Origin: Octopus vulgaris
Lineage: Eukaryota
Direction: 5' to 3'
DNA length: 64,000 nucleotides
Assembly: GCA_951406725.2 (NCBI GenBank)
Contig: OX597831.1
Span: forward strand, 14,942,001-15,006,000
The number at the start of each line of letters is the position of its first letter. The stretch's first letter is position 1. Below the pieces are notes generated by a model. It did no database searches. It worked only from the letters and a program-made list of their open reading frames with translations, and was not told where the DNA came from. Both the position numbers and the translations under genes were made by a program. Shown one piece after another: positions 55,111-64,000 of the stretch.

Positions 55111-56822
55111 TTTTCAATGTGCAATACTAGAAATTGCCAATGTTGCTGAAAGGAAAGAAATAGGTATATTGTGTAAGGTTTGGATTATGAAAGGAGCAGT
55201 TATTTTGCTGAAGATAAAAGGTGATTAAATAATAATTGTTAGGTATGTAAGTTATATAAATTCTCGACTGAATATGTTGGTATACGCCCCATTTCAAATG
55301 TTATGAGATTTTTCATTGAAGTGATATTTGACTGACAGAAATATTAGCTACCTATCCAACCTAATCGTAACATCCTCACTATTTTATATGACGAATATTA
55401 TTGCATGATGGGTACACATATGAACAAAGTGTGGTCTTGTAGTCATTTCTGTACATCAAATGCGTTTCATGAGATTGAAGAAAAATTCATGGTAGCGATC
55501 CAAATCTCATAAAAGTTTCTGTCCTGTGTCTTGCGCTTACATAAGAATATACGTTTATTATTATTTTTTTGCGTTAATGGACAGAAGTCTCTATTCTTTA
55601 GTATCTGGGTTACACTCTGTCAAATTAGAAAACAATGAGGCGATGTTTGAATACGCTTATGATGTGAGCGATATAATCTCTGAGATTATGTTAATGACAG
55701 ATATTGGCGTAAACCCTAAGACGTCAGAGATGATATGATAAAAAAGACACGGATTAAGATGGTACGAAGAAAGCAAAATACTTAGACGGGAAGCAATATA
55801 TAAGCGAATATTCAAGCGCTTGTGAATGCTTGAATATACGCATATATTTCGAAATATTTGAATTTTTTTGTGTCTATGAATATTTCTGGGAATCAGTAAA
55901 TACAGACATACATTATAGCATAGAAGAGTAGATACGCATAGAAGACACAGAGGCAGACACACAAGCACAAGTTAGCATACACAGATTACATTTTCGTAAT
56001 AATAGTCCCACTTGCATTAGTTATTGTAAAGAAGATCTATATAATTTGTAATCCCGCATCGGTACGCGTAACCGAGTTTATTTTAATCTAAAACAGAGAC
56101 GCGTACCGAGATTCCCGAGCGCATGGTCTCAATAATTGTGTATAGATAACTACATGAAACCATTGGTTGCATTGTTAATATACAAATACATTAAATATTA
56201 CTGTGAATGTGTGCGCATATATGATGTGCATGCAAGCGCGCATGCACAAAAATTCCTTTCAAATTACGAAAGCATCTGAAAGAAATAGAGTTACAATAAT
56301 CAGGGTGGAGGAAGGCGGAAGTGAGGTTTAAAAATCTACGCATGCCCTTTGGCAGTTTGAAAAATGCACAGAAACATGACGAGCGCTGAGAATACATTCA
56401 TCTTAATAAAGAAATATTTATCTCCCAGCGTATGCTGTCGAATAACTTGACTTATATTGCTATTTAGAAAATTTCACTCAATTCAAATTCGTGTGCGTGT
56501 ACATATGAATATATATATGAGTGTGTGTGTGTAAGAGAGAGAGAGAGACAGAGAAAGAGAGAAAGTGAGAGAGTGAGAGAGAGAAAGAAAGAAGTGAGAG
56601 AGTGAGAGAGAGAGAGATTCCAATACATGTGTGTATGAGAGTATGTGTCGTTTTATGTGTGTCTACGTCGCAGTGTGATTGTATGTACGTGTCTGCATTC
56701 ATGCACCTGCGATTATGATTATACCTATAACTATCTATCTATCTATTTATCTATCTATTTATTTGCCTATTCCGTCGATATCGGATCAACTGGAACCCTC
56801 GTTGTCGTAACCGACGGAGTGC

Positions 56823-56862
<40 letters not shown>

Positions 56863-56891
56863 CGGAACACATACATACAGATTATAGCACA

Positions 56892-56934
<43 letters not shown>

Positions 56935-57117
56935 TTCAGAAACAATTTAGATTCAAATGAATATGGTACTTAATTTAGATGCACCAGATATTTTCTGGTA
57001 TTACCTATAAAAATATGCGGGTAGATTATAATAAAAAATAATCAAAAATAAGCTTATTTTTGAGTATATATATATATATATATATCTATATCGGAACACA
57101 CACATATATATATATTA

Positions 57118-57726
57118 ATTAAATTAGAGATAAAACCACTATTAGGCAAATCAAACAGTGAAAAACATAAACTAAAACATAGAAATAAAATTAATTAATA
57201 TAATATACAAAATATATAAAATATAAAATTCACAATTTAAATTTAAAGCTAAAATTTAAAAAAAAATTTAAATTATTAATTTATACTTACAAATTTATAT
57301 ATATATTTATTTATTTTTATTTTTATTATTTTAATTTTTTAATTTTTTAATTATATATTTATTTAATTTTAAAAAAAATATATAACTATCAAAAAGTATT
57401 AAAATTTTAATATAAGTTTAATATTTCATATTAAACTTTTTAATACTTTTTGATGGTTTATATATTTTTAAAAAATTAAATAAATATATAATTAAGTAAA
57501 TAAAAAACTAAAAATAGAAATAATAATATATATATATATATAAAAATTTATAAGTATAAATTAATAATTAATAAAATTGATTTTAACTTTAAATATAAAT
57601 AATTAAAATTTCGAACTTTATATTTTATATATTTCGTATATTATATTAATTAATTTTATTTCTATGTTTTGGTTTATGATTTTCACTGTTTGATTTGCCT
57701 AATAGTGGTTTTATCTCTAATTTAAT
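57118..57726. repeat. ~610-bp AT-rich palindrome (fold-back)
   Basis: ATTAAATTAGAGATAAAACCACTATTAGGCAAATCAAACAGTGAAAA and its reverse complement at the ends, symmetry to a centre near 57420; single arm also at ~48045-48150. Confidence 0.9.
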
Positions 57727-57821
57727 ATATATATTTTACTGTAAAATTAGATTTAATCCTAAATCTAATTTTTCCCTGTCAGTTTAGATTTACTCCCTAA
57801 TATTATTATAATATATATCTA

Positions 57822-57879
<58 letters not shown>

Positions 57880-58214
57880 TGTGTGTGTGTGTATTATTAC
57901 ATTTGCATGGAATATCCTCCTATGTAATTGTATTGTTAGTGTTTCCTGCTGCATCCGCAAGTCTTTGAAAGCGTGTTTGTCAATGTTTTTTCTACCTGTT
58001 TTTAAATTATACAGCACTATTTCACGATACTCCGCTGGTAGAATAAAAAAAATGCAGATGTATATTATCTTTAATTCGATCTTTTCAGTTGTGTCAACAT
58101 CTCAATAAAAGAATTGAAAGCCGGGTATTATATATATTTGCCTGATTATCTACATAAATAGTTTCCTTTCTGTAAGAAAGGCATCAAATTTAGTTGAACG
58201 AATCGAGGAATGGC

Positions 58215-58360
58215 GGTCGTAAGTAGCTCGCCTATCAACCACATGGTTCCGGATTCAGTGTTACTGCGTGGGACCTTGGGTAAGTGTCTTCTGCTATAGC
58301 CTCATACCTACCAAGGCCTTGTGGAAGTGGTAGACGGAAAACGAAAGAAGGCCGTCCTAT
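58215..58360 (+). mobile_element. SINE family A head
   Basis: AACCACATGGTTCCGGATTCAG..ACCTTGGGTAAGTGTCTTCTG..GGTAGACGGAAA. Confidence 0.75.
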
Positions 58361-58398
58361 GTGTGTATGTATGTATGTATGTATGTATGTATATACAC

Positions 58399-58430
<32 letters not shown>

Positions 58431-58451
58431 ATGTATATATATATATATATA

Positions 58452-58575
58452 GTGGTGACGCAATGGCCCAGTGGTTAGAGCAGCGGAATCGCAGTCGTAG
58501 GTTCGCAGTTTCGATTCCTCGACCGAGCGTTGGGAGTGTTTATTCAGCTAAAACACCTAAAACTCCAACGAACGT
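58452..58575 (+). mobile_element. SINE family B head, truncated
   Basis: GCAATGGCCCAGTGGTTAGAGCAGCGGA..GTTTCGATTCC. Confidence 0.7.
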
Positions 58576-58855
58576 ACAGAAGGATGACGAAAACAAACAT
58601 GACAATAATGAATAAGCATGTACAACAAAAAAGCTGTGTGGCTGCAGTGTGAGGGCATGGGGTAACGCAGTTAGGCAGGGAGAAGCACTTGAAAATGGAA
58701 ATATAGCGTAGGACTAGTGACGGGAGAAGCACAAACAAAATGTCAATACAAAGGGAAAATTAAAGAATTAGGGACGTAAAGTGAGAGAAAGAGAGAAGGA
58801 GGAAGCGAAAAGAGGGGCAAAAGAAAAGAGAATAAGACAGAAATTGACGTCGCAC

Positions 58856-58986
<131 letters not shown>

Positions 58987-59647
58987 AATGTATATCCACA
59001 CACACATACAACTCACACATACACATATTCAAACACACAAAGACACATATATGTTTATGCTTCTGTATGCATATAGCTATATGTAAATGACTGCAAATAA
59101 TATCAGTTATTCGATATGCACACTACAAATAGTTGTGAGGCCGGCATTGTATTTAGATATTCAACGAACGCAAAAGACGAAAGAGAAATGTCAATACTGT
59201 CACTATCAGTGGCAACGATTGTAATTTATTAAATCTAGAATCCTGAACAATCTCAAAGCTTCCCCATTGTCTATCAGCAGAATCCGAAATTATATATTCC
59301 TGCGTGTTTAAATAACACGTCTCGATGTCAATGTCGGATCCATAATGGTTGACGGAACATCACCTTCTCGTTTGTCGAAGTTGCAGGATGGGATTGTGGA
59401 ATTACTTCCCGAATCATTCAAATTGTGTAATTGTGCAGAAGACCCACCTACAAAATCTATTTTAATTACAAGATGTGGCAAATAACTGATAAGCAGACTT
59501 TATCGAATAATCAGTACTTCTGGAGAATGATGTTTATTGAACTGCAAGGGGAATATATCGTCCTTTGTTCTATCGATATGAGGTATTGGAAATTTACACA
59601 AGTCCACATACACAGATATATGTGTTTGTATGTGTGTGTATATATAC

Positions 59648-59686
<39 letters not shown>

Positions 59687-59735
59687 CATATATATATATA
59701 CAGACATAGAGATACACAGATATATACGACCCCGC

Positions 59736-59776
<41 letters not shown>

Positions 59777-59832
59777 ACATATAGTGTGGTCGTATATATC
59801 TGTATATATATATATATCTATATATATATATA

Positions 59833-59873
<41 letters not shown>

Positions 59874-59901
59874 ATACATACATACTTACATACATACATA
59901 C

Positions 59902-59932
<31 letters not shown>

Positions 59933-60597
59933 CATACATACATACATACATACACGCATGTATTCATATATATATATATATGCATTATAATAAATATATG
60001 TGCAAGTCTCTTGCTGTGTCTTTCTCTCTCTTTCCCTCTCTCTTTCTCTCTCACACACTCATACACATAACCATAGACGTGATACAGAAAAAAACTTATA
60101 ATCTCAGAATGGAATTATTGTATTACAGCAGTGCCAGTCTTATCTGTCTGCTAATGGCGCCGACTTACCGTATCATTTGTTGAACTTTCATTAATATTTG
60201 TACATTCCTGCCTTTGCTTCCAGAAATTTCTTTCACATTCGGTTACAGATATTCTATTGCAACAAAATACACATTCCTCTATTACAATGGGTTGTAGATT
60301 GCGATAGATTATCGGTTCAGCCGTAAATGATGATTTGATAATACACTACGCTTAGCCAATTTCGGTCAACTCTCAATTAGACCATTGCATTACAATCTGT
60401 TTGCAGAGAAAACCTTTTAAATCACAATAAGTTTGTTTGTCTGAAATACAAGCGAGTTTATACAATAGACAAACGGATACCTATAATTTTTAAACGCCTA
60501 CCCCTACATACATACACACACATACACACACATAACATACAAGGATAGGAGCATATAGATACATGCGTCCATGCACATGGATCGATATTCCACTGTG

Positions 60598-60638
<41 letters not shown>

Positions 60639-60724
60639 AGAATTCACCAAAAAACAAAAGACGAACACAGGTAGAGTAGACAACAAAAGGATGTATTAGT
60701 TTAATGAGCGGGAAGTGAAAAAGT

Positions 60725-60760
60725 CTTTAACGTTTCGAGCCTACGCTCTTCCACAGAAAG
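60725..60760 (-). ncRNA. Minimal hammerhead variant CUGUNGA (A6U)
   Basis: Minus: CTTT-CTGTGGA-A-GAGC-GTAG-GCTC-GAAAC-GTT-AAAG. Confidence 0.7.
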
Positions 60761-60849
60761 GAACACAGAATATCCGTCTAAATTTCATTGTGAGTGGTTT
60801 TTTTTTTTGTTTTGTAGATGGTTTTATTTATGTATTTTAATGATTATTT

Positions 60850-61620
60850 CTATGTCTTTTTCAGATCGTAAAATATAAGCCTTGATGTGTGACCACATTG
60901 AGTTTGAAATTCTCGAATGGCGGGATCTTCCGTCACCAGTAAAGTTGGACTTGGTTTTTCGGGATCTACCAAGTGAAGGACCATCACTGAATTTGAGAAG
61001 CAGAGCAAAACCTTTCAGTAGGTGGCGTATGTCCGCCAAGACTTCGGAGCTCACTAAAAGTGATCGACGAGTGTTGATTCGCCTGACAACTTGAGTCCCA
61101 AAAGTGACTAGAGAGTTGAATCAGCATTTAACTAGCCCAGTGTCGATCGAAACTGTTCGCCCTGCGATTAATAAAGCCGGGTATCATGGAGGAGCTGCCA
61201 TCAGGAAACCTCTACTTTCTTATCAAAATATTTATAAAAGGCTGACCCGGTGAAGTGACCATAAGGGCTGGTCGGCAGAACAATTGAAGGAAGTAATAAT
61301 CTTTGCGGAGTCCAGTTTATCTCTTTTACCCAATGCAGGGTGAGATTATGTGTGGAGGCATCCCAGGGATGTTTTTAATCCTGACTGTCTTCTTCCTACA
61401 GTGAAGAACTAAGGAGAGTCTGTGATGGTTTGAGCTGCCATTTCTTGGAATTCTTTTGGTTCAACCGAAGCACTGCTTGGTAGGATCAACAGCGATGATT
61501 ATCTGAATATTTTTGGAAATTAAGCACTTCTCATTGTCCAGACATTATTTCCTGATGGTGAGTGCAGCTTCCAAGATGACAACGCTACAATACATAGCTC
61601 TCATATGGTTAAGAATTGTT
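60850..61620 (+). mobile_element. Tc1-like transposase remnant, 3'-truncated
   Basis: LTKSDRRVL..PVSIETVR..AIRKPLL..DYVWRHP..CLLPTVKN*GESVMV*AAISW..FQDDNATIH, with several stops. Confidence 0.9.
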
Positions 61621-61626
61621 ACGTAT

Positions 61627-61710
<84 letters not shown>

Positions 61711-61785
61711 ATAATACAAAATGGGACAAGAACGCACAACATCCAGACAGTTTGTTGATACAAAAGGGGACAACAGAACGTCCCC

Positions 61786-61851
61786 ACTTCTTCATCAGTT
61801 ATAGGTCACAGGGTCAAATGCAATTTCATGGCTTTAACGATAATATTGATT
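61786..61851 (-). ncRNA. Degenerate non-circularly permuted hammerhead candidate
   Basis: Minus: AATCAATA^TTAT-CGTTAAAGCCAT-GAAA-TTGCATT..ATAA-CTGATGA-A-GAAGT; stems III and I pair, stem II decayed. Confidence 0.55.
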
Positions 61852-63464
61852 CCCATTGAAAGTTTTGTATTTTTAAAATATAACATCTTTTATATTTGCG
61901 TATATCCGAATCATTCTTTTCATTTGGAAGATTAAACAACGTAGTGCATTGCAAATAAATGGATTAACAAATACCTATATCATCACGCACACACACACAC
62001 ACACACTCATATTATATGTATATATCTTTATACTGGTTTATACTGGTTGAACTCTTCGGCCATAATACACATTCTATCATCGCTTGCTTATTCCTGTTAA
62101 AGTCGATATATATATATATATATCTGAAAATTACAGCCACTATTTTCACCTATCCTATTTCCTCCTTCTCCTCCTCCTCCTCCTCCCCCCTATTCCCTCC
62201 CCCTCCTTCCCCTCCTCCTCTTCGTCTCTCTCTCTCTCTATCTCTGTTTCTCTGTATTTCTTCCTCTCCACCCTCGTCTTTCTAGTTTGATTATTGACTA
62301 TAGAAATATGAAGTGCTTGCTAAAACCAAAAACAAATCTTTAAATCTATTTTTGTACCCAACCTTTGGCATTCGAATCTCTGGTCGTAGATATTCATTTG
62401 GCAGTGTTGTTTCAATTGTGACTCTTCAGCTTTAGGGTGTTTTCCTATCAATCTCAGAATGTCTCAGAAGACTTGCAGAGATTCGTATACTGTCTCTTGA
62501 TTATTTCCTAAGGCCATTGAACACAAATATTACAATACACTGACAAATTACATACATTTCGACAATCAGCTTCTATTAACATATCTCTGAATTTCAAACA
62601 ATGTATTGGCATCTCTTTACAAATTAAGACCTCTTACTCCATTCAGCCATTATCTGCCGATACCAAAACACACTTTTACAAGCAAATATTATGGTATCAC
62701 ATATTACCGGTATAGGATGGATCGAGAAGTTAGGTTTTTCATTTCATCATGAAAAAGTACCGAGTTCGATACCACTGCACAGTATCTTGGCCAAGTGTCT
62801 TCTGCGTACCATTTGGTTTCATACAATTATTGGGAAGGAAAACAGCAGTTGATTTGAAGCTTTTCCAGCGGTTCATGTATAATATTACTTTATGCAGTCT
62901 ACTTTAGCGTAAACATAAAGACCAGGTCCCCCACAAAATGATTCGTAAATTAGCAATTCTATGAAGCTCGCTTTAAGATTTTTACTCAATAGATGAAACG
63001 CAGAGCTCATATCCTTTTAAATGTCTCAATCATTGATAATATTTTCCTACGTCTTGTGAAAGTCTGTCGATATTTGCCACAGAGTAGACACCATTCGGCA
63101 ATAGGGCTTATAGTGATGTTAAAACGAGAAACGGATTAAGGTTACCATCAACCCAAATATGAATGATCTTCTTACCTCTACGAAATTACTCTCAGAATGT
63201 CTCATGGCTGCTCCGAGGAAATGGTAGGAGATACTATACTGTTCACAGAGTGACTTAATCAAATTCAGTCCGAGACTACCAAAAATGCGGGTGGAACATC
63301 TAAACAACATTTCTATATCTACGCCGATTATTTGCCATAGCAAACCAACGGCTACAGAGTGGTTTTCGTTCCTTGACTCCCTTCTTTCTCAAAAGTTTCA
63401 CGACATTCATAGAAGCTGCATTTTTTTGTTGTTGTTGATAAAATACACCACAATATTGGATCCA

Positions 63465-63712
63465 AAGTTTGGCAGAAGACCAGAAATTCTGTGGGAGTGG
63501 TAAAGCGATTATATTAACCCCGAAATGATCCACGGCAAATTCGACCGCGGCGGAAATAAAATCTTAATTTTCATTTCAAAGTTTGGCACAAGGCCAGAAA
63601 TTTCGGTGTTAGGATTAAATCGATTACATCGACCTCCCCAAGCCACGCTTGCTCGAGTGTTACTTATTTTATCTGCCTCCAAAAGATTTAATGACAAAGT
63701 CGACGTCGGCAA
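63465..63712 (-). mobile_element. SINE family C, two degenerate fragments
   Basis: TTTGGCACAAGGCCAGAAATTT..ATCGATTACATCGACC..ACAAAGTCGACGTCGGC. Confidence 0.55.
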
Positions 63713-64000
63713 AAATAATCCCAATATTAAAATAGATTAGAGCTAATCTTCATATATTCACATTTACAAGCTTAAATTATAACCCTGCTTAATATAGAAA
63801 TTTAAGGATTTATACCGGAGATATGTAATATGGCTTTCAGAACAATAACTGTGAAAGGTGATATACAGAATTTAGGGTCATTTTATCCATTTCGTTTGTC
63901 CATTTTAGCCGCTTCGATTTGTCAAGGCGTGTCAAGGTCTTGGGCTGTGTATTCTGCTTCAGTGAAATATATAGTCGTTCTTACCGAAATGTGGTCAAAA

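Noticed and set aside
63050-63420. Possible mariner C-terminal remnant on the minus strand
   Set aside because: Only faint resemblance (SYHFLG); no catalytic motif readable

Overview
AT-rich eukaryotic non-coding DNA, dense in microsatellites and interspersed repeats. The SINE families resemble those I recall from octopus, so a cephalopod origin is an inference. I found no credible host protein-coding exon: most ORFs in the track are translated microsatellites, and the only recognisable protein fragments come from decayed transposons (CR1-like LINE 3' end, two Penelope-like GIY-YIG remnants, mariner, DD37D and Tc1 transposases). The main signal is RNA structure. About 20 hammerhead-ribozyme (HHR) motifs lie in short repeats that mostly abut (TA)n, (TAA)n or similar tracts. 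They include canonical minimal type I HHRs, core variants (A3-U8, U3-A8, A6U) and a head-to-head HHR pair. Most notable are five motifs (four with all three strands) whose hammerhead strands occur in a non-circularly permuted order: cleavage strand, then GAAA strand, then CUGANGA strand. Their stems I and III differ in sequence between copies yet keep pairing. All folds were assigned by eye, no activity is demonstrated, and repeat boundaries are approximate.
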